DNA of 64,000 nucleotides from an uncultured delta proteobacterium (lineage in GTDB: Bacteria > Myxococcota_A > Polyangia > Haliangiales > Haliangiaceae): assembly GCA_963848295.1 (NCBI GenBank), contig CAWKDB010000010.1:4320001-4384000 (forward strand). The letters run 5' to 3'. The notes beneath the pieces were generated by a model, which was given only the letters and a program-made list of their open reading frames with translations, did not search any database and had not been told where the DNA came from. Position 1 is the first letter of the stretch. Every line of letters begins with the position of its first letter. The position numbers and the translations under genes are program-made. This document shows, one piece after another, positions 33,237 through 43,500 of the stretch.

Positions 33237-35165
33237 GTGATCATCCTCGAGATCCTGCAAGGCACCGCCGCCCAGCGCGTCTATCGGCTCGAGCCGTCGC
33301 GCGCGAGCGCCGCGACGATCGGTCGATCCCCCGCCAGCACCGTGCTGGTCACCGATTTTCATTTGTCCGGCGACCACGCTCAGATCACGCAGATCGGCGA
33401 GCGCTACGTGTTTCGCGACCTGCGGTCGACGAACGGCTCGGCGATCGAGCGCGACGGCAAACGGATGCCGGTCGACGCCGCGGCGCGCTGGGAGATCGCA
33501 CTCGAGGACGGCGACTTCCTGTTGCTCGGCAACGCCGCCGACCCGGTGCGGATCAGCGTGCGGTTCGCCGAGGAAGCCGACGACGATCTCGGCGAGCGGC
33601 TGATCGCATCGAAGTCGATCCTCGAGCTGCCGCAGATCACCGACCAGATCGAGGGCGATCCGGTCAGCGCGATGCGCGTTTACAAGGCGCTGCAACCGCT
33701 CGGCGCGCGCCTCGAGCCAGCCGAGGTGATCGATGCGACCGTCGCGGCGACGTTCGAGCTCCTGCCGCGCGCGACCCACGTCGCGGTGTTGCTGCGCTCC
33801 GACGCCGACAAGGACCGGTTCGCACTCGCGGTGTCGCGTCATCGCGGCGCGAACGTGCCGAAGGCGGATCCGGTGCGTGCTAGCCGATCGGTGTTGCGCC
33901 GAGTGCTGTCCGAGCGCGCCGCCGTGCTCACCGCGAACGCCCAAGAGGAGCTCGCGTCGAGCGACTCGATCATGGGGGGCCAGATCATGTCGATGATCGC
34001 GGTGCCGCTGTGGCGCGGCGACGACATCACCGGGCTGATCCAAGCCGACAATCGCTCGACCGCTGGGATGTTCACCGAGCGCGATCTCCAGGTCGCGCTG
34101 CTGCTCGGCGCGCAAGCTGCGCTCGCGATCGATAACGCGACGCTCGTCGGTCGGCTGAAGATCGCCGAGGAGCGAGCGCGCGGCGAGAACGTCTACCTCA
34201 AGCGGCGCGAGACCAAGATCCAGTTCGACAACATCATCGGTGGCTCGCCGGCGATGAAGGCGGTGCTGTCGCAGCTCGAGCGCGTGATCGATACGCGTGC
34301 GACGGTCTGCATCGAAGGCGAGACCGGCACCGGCAAGGAGCTGATCGCCGCGGCGGTGCACTACCAGTCGCAGCGCAAGGACAAGATGTTCGTCGCGCAG
34401 AACTGCGCGGCGTTGCCCGAGAACTTGCTCGAGTCCGAGCTGTTCGGTCACAAGCGCGGCGCGTTCACGAGCGCCGACTCCGACAAGAAGGGCCTGTTCG
34501 AGATCGCCGACGGTGGCACGCTGTTCCTCGACGAGATGGGCGAGATGCCGATGGCGCTGCAGGCGAAGCTGCTGCGCGTGCTGCAGGAAGGCACGATCCG
34601 CGCGGTCGGCGCGACGACCGAAAAGCAAGTCGACGTCAGGATCTTGTGCGCGACGAATCGCGATCTGTCGGCCGAGGTCGAGGCCGGGCGGTTTCGCCAG
34701 GACCTGTACTACCGCTTGATGGTGTTCCCGATCAAGCTGCCGCCATTGCGGGAGCGGCGCGAGGACATTCCCGAGCTCGCCGCGCATTTCTTGAAGCGCT
34801 ACGCCGCCGAATATCGCGTCGAGATGCCGGGGTTCACACCCGATGCGATCGACGCGCTGTGCGCCTACAACTGGCCGGGTAACATTCGCGAGCTCGAGAA
34901 CGAAGTGCAGCGGCTCGTCATCCAAGCCGAGTCGGGCCACTGGATCGAGTCGACCGATCTGTCGCCCCGGCTGCGCAAGATCGAAGGCACGGTGACGCGC
35001 GTCGCGCCGAAGCAAGGCACCCTCAAAGAGATGATGGAACAGGTCGAGCGCTGGCTGATCGCCGAGGCCTTGCGCGATCACGGCAACAACAAGACCCGGA
35101 CCGCGGCGACCCTCGGCATCACCCGCGAAGGCCTGCACAAGAAGCTCGCGAAGTTCGGGGTGTGA
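33237..35165 (+). CDS. Sigma54-dependent activator (FHA-GAF-AAA+-HTH)
   Basis: FHA IGR...LS..HA...[53 protein letters not shown]. Confidence 0.93.
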   Translation: MIILEILQGTAAQRVYRLEPSRASAATIGRSPASTVLVTDFHLSGDHAQITQIGERYVFRDLRSTNGSAIERDGKRMPVDAAARWEIALEDGDFLLLGNAADPVRISVRFAEEADDDLGERLIASKSILELPQITDQIEGDPVSAMRVYKALQPLGARLEPAEVIDATVAATFELLPRATHVAVLLRSDADKDRFALAVSRHRGANVPKADPVRASRSVLRRVLSERAAVLTANAQEELASSDSIMGGQIMSMIAVPLWRGDDITGLIQADNRSTAGMFTERDLQVALLLGAQAALAIDNATLVGRLKIAEERARGENVYLKRRETKIQFDNIIGGSPAMKAVLSQLERVIDTRATVCIEGETGTGKELIAAAVHYQSQRKDKMFVAQNCAALPENLLESELFGHKRGAFTSADSDKKGLFEIADGGTLFLDEMGEMPMALQAKLLRVLQEGTIRAVGATTEKQVDVRILCATNRDLSAEVEAGRFRQDLYYRLMVFPIKLPPLRERREDIPELAAHFLKRYAAEYRVEMPGFTPDAIDALCAYNWPGNIRELENEVQRLVIQAESGHWIESTDLSPRLRKIEGTVTRVAPKQGTLKEMMEQVERWLIAEALRDHGNNKTRTAATLGITREGLHKKLAKFGV

Positions 35166-35182
35166 TGGTGACGCGGTGTGAT

Positions 35183-35274
35183 GGTGACGCTGTCTCTATT
35201 GTCAACTTGCGCCCGGGATCACCCCTTCAAACGGCGTCGTTTCGGGGTTAGTTGACAAAAGAGACAGCGTCCCC
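35183..35274. repeat. REP/MITE-like long inverted repeat between convergent genes
   Basis: 25-bp arms 35183-35207 and 35250-35274 with 2 mismatches, an inner hairpin, and an adjacent 16-bp tandem duplication at 35159-35190. Confidence 0.75.
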
Positions 35275-35277
35275 AGC

Positions 35278-36429
35278 TCAGGCGTCGTCTTCGGTCGCGG
35301 CGGCGGTCGGCGCCGTGAACGGCGTGCCTGACAGCTGGGCCATCGCGGTGGCCAGGTTGGCGACTTCGACGGACGCCGGTGCATTGCGCTTGAGCATGAA
35401 GGTGCAGGTCGCGCACGAGGTGACGACCATGCCACCGCCGGTTGCGTGAACTTCGGCGAGCCGGCGCTTGCTCATCTGATCGGCGACGAGCGGCATGGTC
35501 TTGGGCAACAATCCGCCACCGCCGCAGCATTCGGTGTCGCCCTTGTTCCACGCGAGCTCGCGGACCTCGACGAGCTGGCCGAGGGCGCGCCGCGGCGTCT
35601 CCATCACGTTCGAGTAGCGCGCGTGATAGCAGGGGTCGTGATAATAGACGCTGCGTCGCGTGATCGAGCACGCGAGATTCACGGCCGCAGGCGCGAGCAC
35701 GTCGGCGAGCGCGACGACCTCCGCCCGTACGGTGACGCCTTCGGCCGGGTACTGCGCGCGAATCGCGTACAGGCACGCCGAGCAGTTGATCGCGACCTTG
35801 CGAAACCCGCGCAGCGACGCGGCGACTCGGCCGGCATGCCAGCGAAACAGATCGCGATGGCCTGCCGCGAGCAACGGATAGCCGGCACAGGCTTGCGGCG
35901 CTCCGATCACGCGCACGTGGTCGAGACCCGTCCGGTCGAACAGCGCGAGCGCAGCGGCGATGTCACCGGCGCCCTTGTCGATCGCATCGCAGCCCGGCCA
36001 CAGTCCGATCTCGCCTTCGCTCGCGAGTCGCTCGGGGAACATCTGCGCCAGCTGCGTCGACAACCGATGTTCGCGCGCGCGAAACCGTTCGGCGTAACCC
36101 GCGAGTGCGGGATGCGGTATGCCGCGCTCGACCGCGGCGGCGCGGCCGGAGAACAGGACGAGCCCGGGCTCGTTGCCGTGGTCGCAATACATCGTGCAGT
36201 GGCGGCATCCGGTGCACGCCCACAACGGATCGGTCGAATCCGCGGTCCAGCCGCCGCGGCCGAGCCGCAGTTGGTTGAGCCGATCCATCTTTGCTTGCGG
36301 GATGAAGGTCTCGCGCCCGCTGGCGGTCGACACCGGGCACGCGTGGCGACACATCTTCGGGCAGAACGTGCAGTAGTCGAGCTGCTTCTCGACCGAGTGC
36401 GCCGAGAACGGCTCGCGTGGCTCGGACAT
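35278..36429 (-). CDS. (Fe-S)-binding oxidoreductase subunit (4Fe-4S dicluster + CCG domains, GlpC/HdrD-like)
   Basis: [42 protein letters not shown]. Confidence 0.88.
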   Translation of the reverse strand: MSEPREPFSAHSVEKQLDYCTFCPKMCRHACPVSTASGRETFIPQAKMDRLNQLRLGRGGWTADSTDPLWACTGCRHCTMYCDHGNEPGLVLFSGRAAAVERGIPHPALAGYAERFRAREHRLSTQLAQMFPERLASEGEIGLWPGCDAIDKGAGDIAAALALFDRTGLDHVRVIGAPQACAGYPLLAAGHRDLFRWHAGRVAASLRGFRKVAINCSACLYAIRAQYPAEGVTVRAEVVALADVLAPAAVNLACSITRRSVYYHDPCYHARYSNVMETPRRALGQLVEVRELAWNKGDTECCGGGGLLPKTMPLVADQMSKRRLAEVHATGGGMVVTSCATCTFMLKRNAPASVEVANLATAMAQLSGTPFTAPTAAATEDDA

Positions 36430-37148
36430 CAGTTCAGGCCTTCGACGCGCTCGCGCAGCTGCGCGAGGTCGCGCGCGATCCGCGAGTTGCCGGGCTCGAG
36501 CACGGCGAGGCGTTCCAGGACGTCGAGCGAGCGCGGCAGATCGCCGTTGCGACCGTAGATCCCGGCGAGGTTGACGAGCATGCGCGCGACGATCTGGCGC
36601 TTGCTCGCCGCCGCGATCACGCTGGGCTCGAGGACCGCGGTCGGCGTGGTCGTCTTGCGCAACAGGGCTTCGAGATCGGACGGCGTCAGCGACCGCCCGT
36701 TGTCGTACGGATCGACGAACAGCCACGCGTCCTCGATCGCGACGCGCACGAGGAAGTGCCCGGGGAAGTTCACGCCCTGCGCGAGCACGCCGACGCGCCG
36801 AGCGACCTCGAGGTACACGACCGACAGCGTGATCGGGATGCCCATCCTGCGGTCGAGCACGTCGCACAAGAAGCTGTTGCGCGGATCGTAGTAGTCGTCG
36901 CTGTTGCCGGCGAAACCCAGGCGATCGAATAACCAGTCGCTGATCGCGCGGGCCCGACCGATGCCGCCGGGAGCGCGCCGGACGTCGTCGACGCAACGTT
37001 CCGCGATGTCGTCGAGCGTGTCGCGATAGCACTCGATGTCGCGCTCCGGATATTCCCAGGCGCCGATCTGCAGCGCGGCCTGGTCGAGCGGAAAATCATC
37101 GCGCGTCACCAGCTCGCTGAACCGGGACAGCCCCGGGCTGACGTCCAT
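36429..37148 (-). CDS. SirB1/transglutaminase-like protein with TPR tail
   Basis: GFAGN..DYYDPRNSFL..VL.RR.GIPITLS, GVNFPGHFL, FVDP. Confidence 0.88.
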   Translation of the reverse strand: MDVSPGLSRFSELVTRDDFPLDQAALQIGAWEYPERDIECYRDTLDDIAERCVDDVRRAPGGIGRARAISDWLFDRLGFAGNSDDYYDPRNSFLCDVLDRRMGIPITLSVVYLEVARRVGVLAQGVNFPGHFLVRVAIEDAWLFVDPYDNGRSLTPSDLEALLRKTTTPTAVLEPSVIAAASKRQIVARMLVNLAGIYGRNGDLPRSLDVLERLAVLEPGNSRIARDLAQLRERVEGLN

Positions 37149-37220
37149 CGTCCGAGCGTAGCATCGGTTTCGATCTCCGCGCCGCCGCAACGCGGCTGCG
37201 ATGTGCGAACATGATCTCGC

Positions 37221-38333
37221 ATGGCCGAGGAGCCCCGACCAGGGTTGATCGTCGGCGGTCGCTACGAGCTGATCGACGTAGCCGGCCGCGGCGGCATGGC
37301 TGACGTGTGGCACGGCCGGGTGCGCGGCGACTCGGGCTTTGTCCGCGATGTCGCGATCAAGCAGATGCACCAGAACCTCGCGGTCCAGCCGGGTTATGTC
37401 GCGATGTTCGTCGAGGAAGCGCGCATCGGCTCCGAGCTCCAATCGCCGAACGTCGCCGAGGTCCACGACTTCGTCAAAGACGGCGGCAACTACTACATGG
37501 TGCTCGAGTGGATCGATGGCGTCGATCTCGGCACGTGGGTGCGCTGGCACGGCGCGCGCAACGAGCTGACCCGGTGGGAGCTCGTGGCGGCCGTCGGCGT
37601 CGGGATCTTGCGCGGGCTCGCGGCGGCTCACGAGCGGATCGGCCCCGATGGCCTACCGATGCCGATCGTGCATCGCGATGTTTCGCCGCACAACGTGTTG
37701 CTCACCACGCGCGGCATGGTCAAGGTCGTCGACTTCGGGCTCGCGCTCGCGCCGGATCGACCGCAAGAAACGACCGAGCCGGGCATCGTCAAAGGCAAGA
37801 TGTCGTACCTCGCGCCCGAGATCGTGGGCGGCGGCCGACCGGTGCCGGGCAGCGACCAATTCGCGTGCGGCTCGGTGCTGTGGGAGTCACTCGTCGGTCG
37901 CAAGTTGTTCGAAGGCGCGACCGACTTCGAAACCTACACGCGCCTGCGCGATTGCATGGTCCAGCCGTTGCGGCCGTTGCGGCCCGACGTGCCGCCGCCG
38001 TTCATCGCGATCATCCAGCGCGCTCTCTCGGCGAACGTCGACGCACGGTTTCCATCGGCGCGCGAGATGGCGCGCCAGGTCGGTACGGTGCTCAAGAAGG
38101 TCCAGCTGCGCAAGGATCTCCACACCGTGCTCGCGCGCAGCGTCGTCGAGGCGCGCGAAGGCATGGGGCTCGGGCCGCGCACCGGCGACCCATCGACCGC
38201 GACCCCGATCGCTTCGATCGTCCCCGACGACACGCCGCGGATCGAGCTGGCGCCGAAGCCGGAGCTCGGCACGCTCGAGAAGCTGCGCAGCCTGCGCCAC
38301 AAGCTGCCGTTCTTCGGCCGCAAGCGCGGCTAG
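37221..38333 (+). CDS. Serine/threonine protein kinase (cytoplasmic)
   Basis: GRGGMADV, VAIK, HRDVSPHN, DFG, YLAPE, DQF; no TM segment. Confidence 0.95.
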   Translation: MAEEPRPGLIVGGRYELIDVAGRGGMADVWHGRVRGDSGFVRDVAIKQMHQNLAVQPGYVAMFVEEARIGSELQSPNVAEVHDFVKDGGNYYMVLEWIDGVDLGTWVRWHGARNELTRWELVAAVGVGILRGLAAAHERIGPDGLPMPIVHRDVSPHNVLLTTRGMVKVVDFGLALAPDRPQETTEPGIVKGKMSYLAPEIVGGGRPVPGSDQFACGSVLWESLVGRKLFEGATDFETYTRLRDCMVQPLRPLRPDVPPPFIAIIQRALSANVDARFPSAREMARQVGTVLKKVQLRKDLHTVLARSVVEAREGMGLGPRTGDPSTATPIASIVPDDTPRIELAPKPELGTLEKLRSLRHKLPFFGRKRG

Positions 38334-38337
38334 GCGA

Positions 38338-39045
38338 CTACTCGACGCCGCCCTCGACGCCGGCGTCGCTGTCGCTCTCGTCTTTCGGCACCGGGCGGAC
38401 GTAGATGTCATCGACGCGCCAATCGTCCTGCTCGCGCCGTAGCACGATGCGATAGCGCACGCCGTTCTCGTCCCAGCGCAGCTCCGCGCGGTCGTTGCCC
38501 GGCATATCGATGTTGCTCGACGTGATCCGTCGCCCGAGGCCGGACAAGAAGCCCTGGATCTGGCGCGTGAGGCCATCGCGACGTCGCTCGGTGAGCACGC
38601 CGAGCACCGCGCCGATGTCGCGCCGCTCGATCGCGTCCGCGAAGATCCGGATCGCGTCGATCGGATAGCGCGCGTGGGATCGGCTGACCAGCTCGGAGTC
38701 GAGCCGCCAGTTGTGCCCTTCGCGTTCGACCTCGACGGTCTTGCCGTCCGAGTAGCGGACGAGCGCGCGCTCGCCCACGTCCGGCGTGCCTTTGAGGCTG
38801 TCCTCGAGCTCTTGCGCCTGGCGCGCTCGCTCGTTCTGGGTCTGCTTCCACTGCGCCGAGAACTCCTCGTAGCTGACCTGCTTGCGTGCGTCGCCGGCGA
38901 GCAAGTCGTAGGCCGCGTGGGCGTCGTTCGAGCGCAACGCGGCGATGTACGTGCGCACGCCGTCGGAGGCGGGAGCGCGCGGGCCGGTCGGGCCACCGCA
39001 CGCCGTGAGGGCGAACAGGGCGACGAGGGTGCAGAGCTTGGTCAC
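38338..39045 (-). CDS. Hypothetical lipoprotein with two NTF2-like units
   Basis: Lipobox LTAC; two units ending REGHNWRL and REQDDWRV. Confidence 0.75.
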   Translation of the reverse strand: MTKLCTLVALFALTACGGPTGPRAPASDGVRTYIAALRSNDAHAAYDLLAGDARKQVSYEEFSAQWKQTQNERARQAQELEDSLKGTPDVGERALVRYSDGKTVEVEREGHNWRLDSELVSRSHARYPIDAIRIFADAIERRDIGAVLGVLTERRRDGLTRQIQGFLSGLGRRITSSNIDMPGNDRAELRWDENGVRYRIVLRREQDDWRVDDIYVRPVPKDESDSDAGVEGGVE

Positions 39046-39073
39046 GCCCTGGAGCGTAGCGTCCGTGAAAAGA

Positions 39074-39088
39074 CAAAGCCACCGAAGC
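39074..39088 (+). repeat. Left copy of 15-bp direct repeat CAAAGCCACCGAAGC
   Basis: Identical to 45754-45768. Confidence 0.8.
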
Positions 39089-39201
39089 GCGTGATTGGTC
39101 GTTCAGTTCGTTGCGCACCAAACCAGGTAGTTTGCCGAGCGTGGTCGGTCAGAAGAGCTTGACGCAGGGTTGCTGGAAGCTCGACGCTAGTCGAGCCGAC
39201 C

Positions 39202-39729
39202 GTGCCAGCCAAGCCCCGAGCACGTGCTCCGAACGCATCGCGGGCCCTGCGTTACCAGCATCGCGAAGTGATTCGCAGGTTCTCGAAGGATTGGCACGTC
39301 CCTGAACGCGAGGCGCGCCAGCTCTTCGACGATGTGAAGCGATACTTGTGGCTGACGACGCGCACCCGCTACCTGATAGCGCCGCCGGCGAGAGCGATCG
39401 ACGAGATGTGGCATACGTTCCTGCTATTCACTCGTGACTACGAACGGTTCTGCAAGCGGTACCTCGGTAAGATGGTCCATCACGTTCCAGCCACCACGAG
39501 CGCACTCGCGGCGGACGCTCGTCGCCGCGCTCGCGACCCCGTGCGGTGGCGCAAGGACATGCTCAGCGTGATCCTCCGAGAGCGGCGACTCGCACTTGTT
39601 CATTTCGGCGAGCGAACAATGAACCGGTGGTACGAGACGTACCGGCATCGCTACACGGCGGGGTTCTTCGACCGCCGCCCGGCTCGAGACTCCAAGGGGC
39701 GGCGGGCGATAATCGCGGCGAAGGGATGA
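39202..39729 (+). CDS. Glycine-rich-domain (GRDP/DUF1399)-like protein
   Basis: KRYLWL...P...IDEMWHTFLLFTRDYERFC..YLGKMVHHVP signature. Confidence 0.75.
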   Translation: MPAKPRARAPNASRALRYQHREVIRRFSKDWHVPEREARQLFDDVKRYLWLTTRTRYLIAPPARAIDEMWHTFLLFTRDYERFCKRYLGKMVHHVPATTSALAADARRRARDPVRWRKDMLSVILRERRLALVHFGERTMNRWYETYRHRYTAGFFDRRPARDSKGRRAIIAAKG

Positions 39730-40268
39730 CGGAGCGCTCTCGGGCCACCGTATCGCAACGGGCGCTCGACCCACTCGCGATACTCGCGAATCTCCCACCC
39801 TTCGTAGAGGGTCCGAAGCTCGCCAGGGCCGAATGCATGGCCGACCCCCAGGTCTGGCGGGCCCACCGTGAAGGCCACCGCCACGTGAACCCCGCCGGGG
39901 GCCGTCATCTCGCGGTGGCGTTCCACCATGCGACGTGCCAGCCCGCGAGGAAGGTGATGCAGCAAGTTCACGATGCATACGAGGTCGATCGACCGGCGCG
40001 GGACATACGCGAGTGCGTCCCGAGCGGCGACGCGAATCGCGAGCCGGTTGAGCTTGGCTAGGGAGCGGATGCGCGTGGCGAGCTGCCGATCCCGCTCGAT
40101 CGCGATCACCTGGAAGCCGAGCATCGCGAGCAGGAAACTGTGACGCCCGAAGCCAGCACCGACATCGATCGCTAGCGGTGCGTCGCTACCGACGCGTAGC
40201 TGCGACGCCGCCTTCAGGACGTACGGCGACGGCCTGCGGGCCCCGTCGTAGACGAACTTGCTGGCCAA
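39651..40268 (-). CDS. Class I SAM-dependent methyltransferase (TehB-like)
   Basis: IDVGAGFGRHS..LA..GF.V.AIE, DL...VNLLHHL, TAPGG, F.PGEL..LYEGWEI..Y.E; TTG start. Confidence 0.85.
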   Translation of the reverse strand: MASKFVYDGARRPSPYVLKAASQLRVGSDAPLAIDVGAGFGRHSFLLAMLGFQVIAIERDRQLATRIRSLAKLNRLAIRVAARDALAYVPRRSIDLVCIVNLLHHLPRGLARRMVERHREMTAPGGVHVAVAFTVGPPDLGVGHAFGPGELRTLYEGWEIREYREWVERPLRYGGPRALRHPFAAIIARRPLESRAGRRSKNPAV

Positions 40269-40282
40269 CTAGCGCTGGCCAA

Positions 40283-40432
40283 CTAACAAGGATGGCAAAT
40301 GCGCTGTTCGGCGATGCCGCCCGCCGCAGCCTTGAGATCCGCCTCGGCGAGCTTGCGGAGCTTCTTCTCCTGCGCGGGCGTGGTCTTGGCCTTTGACCAC
40401 GACGCCTTCGTAGTGTGCTTCGACTTTTTCAT
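40283..40432 (-). CDS. Double-glycine-leader peptide precursor (49 aa), absent from the ORF track
   Basis: MKKSKHTTKASWSKAKTTPAQEKKLRKLAEADLKAAAGG-IAEQRICHPC*; MKK start; same strand as, and between, the receptor and methyltransferase genes. Confidence 0.8.
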   Translation of the reverse strand: MKKSKHTTKASWSKAKTTPAQEKKLRKLAEADLKAAAGGIAEQRICHPC

Positions 40433-40444
40433 AATCCCAGGGCT

Positions 40445-40460
40445 TGCAAGCGACTAACCA
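40445..40460 (-). promoter_or_regulatory. Candidate sigma54 (-24/-12) promoter for the peptide gene
   Basis: Minus strand TGGTTAGTCGCTTGCA = GG-N10-GC with TTGCA; the -12 C lies 14 nt before the ATG. Confidence 0.55.
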
Positions 40461-40534
40461 GATGCTGTCCCGGCGCTTTCCACGCCTTACACGTGTCGAG
40501 CTCTGCACTATCCGATCGTCGCTGCACAATCTGA

Positions 40535-43500
40535 TCACTCGCAGTGTAGTTCCAGCGCCGACATCGGCACCAGGCGCTGACCGGTGAGCTTGAGGGGAAT
40601 CCGGCAGCGAAGCAGGGTGTCGAGCTCCTGTGGCGTGCGCCGCTCGAGGGCGACATCAACCACCGAGAGCCGGCCCGCATCGTCGACGTACACGAGGCGG
40701 CTCCCGTCAGGACTGAAAGCGACACCGGTGATGAAGCCTTTGCCATCGCCGAACTGCGTCAACAGCTCGCCGCTTTCGGCATCGAGCACGTTCACGACGC
40801 CGTCGTCAGTACCGAGTGCGATCCGTCCGCCGTCCGGGCTGACATCGACCGAATAGCCGTCCGCCATCCCTCTGGTTCTCATCAGCTCGCGGCCGGATTC
40901 TGGGTCAAGGACATACGTGGACGACCCCGTAACCGCCACCAGGAACCGGCCGGACGGGCCGACCGCAAAGCTATCAAGCTCGCCCGGACCCGCGTACGAA
41001 TGGATCGAAGCGAGGGTACTCGCATCGAGAATCGAGATCGCGCCGCCGCTCTGCGCGACAACGATTCGCGCTGGGTTCTCGAGCACTGCGATCGCTACAA
41101 TGCCACCACCTGGCAGAGTCCGCGATCGACGAACTGCACCCGCTTCGACGATCGCCACGCTTCCTCCGCTCGTCGCGACCGCGAGTCGACGCTCATCGAG
41201 ATACCTGATGCCCGTCACCCGACTGCCGAGAGATGCAGAGTCGACGGTGTTAGAAAGTGTGAACCCTAGCATTCGCACTCTGTCTTGATTGGCGACTGCA
41301 TAGCCGGTCGACGACGGAGAGAAGTCGCCGGAGGCAGACATCGACGACGCAGCCAGCCGATCGACCGAGTTGGGAGCCGGATCGCGGACGACGGGGGTGA
41401 CCGGCGCTTGGGTCTTAAAATCGTACACGAACGCAGGACCGTCCCAGCGTTGGACGAGCACGCGCGTGGAGTCCGACGAAAACCGAACCGACGATGCACC
41501 CGACGGAAACCTCAGCAAGACTCTGCTCGTATCGGCCGAGGGGTCGACGATCGCAACCGTTCGATCCGTGGATCCGGTAGCGAGGGATTGACCGTCTGGC
41601 GAGAACTCCAGCCTCGTGACCGCGCCGCTGTGTCCGAAGTCGCGATAGCGCTCGATGCCCGACACGGGATCCCAGATTCGCGTGGTCCGATCGACCGATC
41701 CGGTTGCGAGTCGCTTCCCATCTGCGCTCCAGGCCAGCGCGATGACGTATCCCTCGTGGCCGTTGAGCGATGACAGCAAACGCCCGGTGTCAGCATCCCA
41801 GACCTTGGCGGTGTGATCGAGACTTCCAGTAGCGATCCGTCGCCCGTCGGGGCTGAAGCTCGCGCGAATTACATCGCCGCTATGGCCGGCGAGCTCCCTC
41901 GATGCACCGGTGTCGATATCCCAGACGGTGACCTTGGTGCTGGAGTCGGGTACGGCGAGCACCTTTCGGCTCTCCGCACTGATCCCCACCGCATGCACGC
42001 GGCCCGAAACGTCGAACTGTCGCTGAAAGCCCGAGGTCGAATCGACCACGAGCGCGCCTGCTTTGACAGCGACCGCGATCCATGCGCCGGAGGTCACGAT
42101 CGTCTCGGTGCCTCCTTCGACGTCGGTGAGATCCGCTGCCACGTCTCGAACCAGGGCGCCGTCGATCGTGAACACGCGAATCACGTGGCGCCTGCCGTCG
42201 GAGATCGCCACAGCGGAGCCGTCATCGAGCAGTCGGGCCACGGCATCGTCACTCGCATCGAATTCGCGCACGAGGCGCCAATGATCGGTCTCGAAGATCG
42301 CGGGGCGTCGTCCGCGCGACACGAGCGCGTACCTTCCGTCCGCGGACAGGTCGACATCGATTCGAGACTTACCGAGGTCCTGCGATGAGATCCGCTTCCA
42401 GGTCTTGGTATCCCAGAGCTGCACCAGGCCGGAGTTGTCCGCCGTGCACAGACGTCGTCCATCGCGACTGTAAGACAGTCGATCTACCCAGTTCTTGTGC
42501 CCGGTGAGGATCACTCGATGAGCGCCGAGAGCTCGCACGGCGGTGCCCAAGAGGAATCGGACGTTTGATGTCGCGAGCCCTTGCCGGTACGCTTCTGCGA
42601 GAAACACGAGCGACTCGTCGAAGTGACCTCTAACCAATGCTTGTCGGCCCTGCTCCATCAACATGCCGAGGTTGCTGGCACGCAGCGCCGCAGCATTGTG
42701 CTCGGTCGCACGATTCGCACGCCACAGGCCGACGACGAACACCGCCGCGACGAGGAGCGCCATCGCGATCAGCGCGCGGCGGATCCGCCGGCCGCGCAGC
42801 GAGTCCGCGACGCTCGCTTCGCCAAAGGCGGCTTCGGCGGGCGTCAATCCATCGGGATGGCGCTTGCGCCACACCTGGTATTCGGCGAGCGCGTCGCCGC
42901 GCCACAACAAGCCGCGCGCTCGGCCCCGGGCGTCCCATTGTCTCGCCGCCGCGCGCAGCTGCTCGTGGAAGCGCGAGCCTTCCGCGTCTTCGAGACGCCA
43001 TTCGACGAGCCGCGGCCACGCGCCGAGCAGCGCCTCGTGCACGATCTCGATCACCGCGCCGCCCTCGGCCTCCGAGGTCACGACCAGCCGCGATTCGATC
43101 AACCGCTCGATCACGCGCTCGGCCTCGGCGCTGCCGCCGAGCAACGCGAGTAGCTCGGCGCGGGCGAGCACCGCACGCGTGCCTTCGGAGGTGGTCAAGT
43201 GGCGGAACGCCTTGCGCACGAGGGCGCGCTCGGACGGCGGCAGCGCGTCCACCGTGTCGTCGGCGTGACGCGCGAGCGCGCCGGTAACGCCGCCGATGGC
43301 CTCGTACGCCTTCTTCGGTATCTGGTGGAAGTGGCGATCGCGCAGCTCCCACCAGCGCGTCGCGGTGAACGAGATCAGCGCGACCGCGGCCGGCGTATCG
43401 CCAGCATCCGCAACGATGCGGGCGGGCAACTGCGGATCGTCGAGCTCGTAGCCGGCCCGGCGAAGCGGCTCGACGATGATCCGCTCGAGCGCGGCCGGCG

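Noticed and set aside
39091..39107. GTTCAG as a possible second LexA box
   Set aside because: The left half-site does not match the consensus
39111..39305. 64-aa TTG ORF upstream of the GRDP-like gene as a second precursor
   Set aside because: Weak start, no leader motif, and it overlaps the GRDP-like gene out of frame
40269..40538. 89-aa minus-strand ORF from the track overlapping the peptide gene
   Set aside because: No motif; the 40283-40432 frame has an MKK start, a GG leader and a matching promoter
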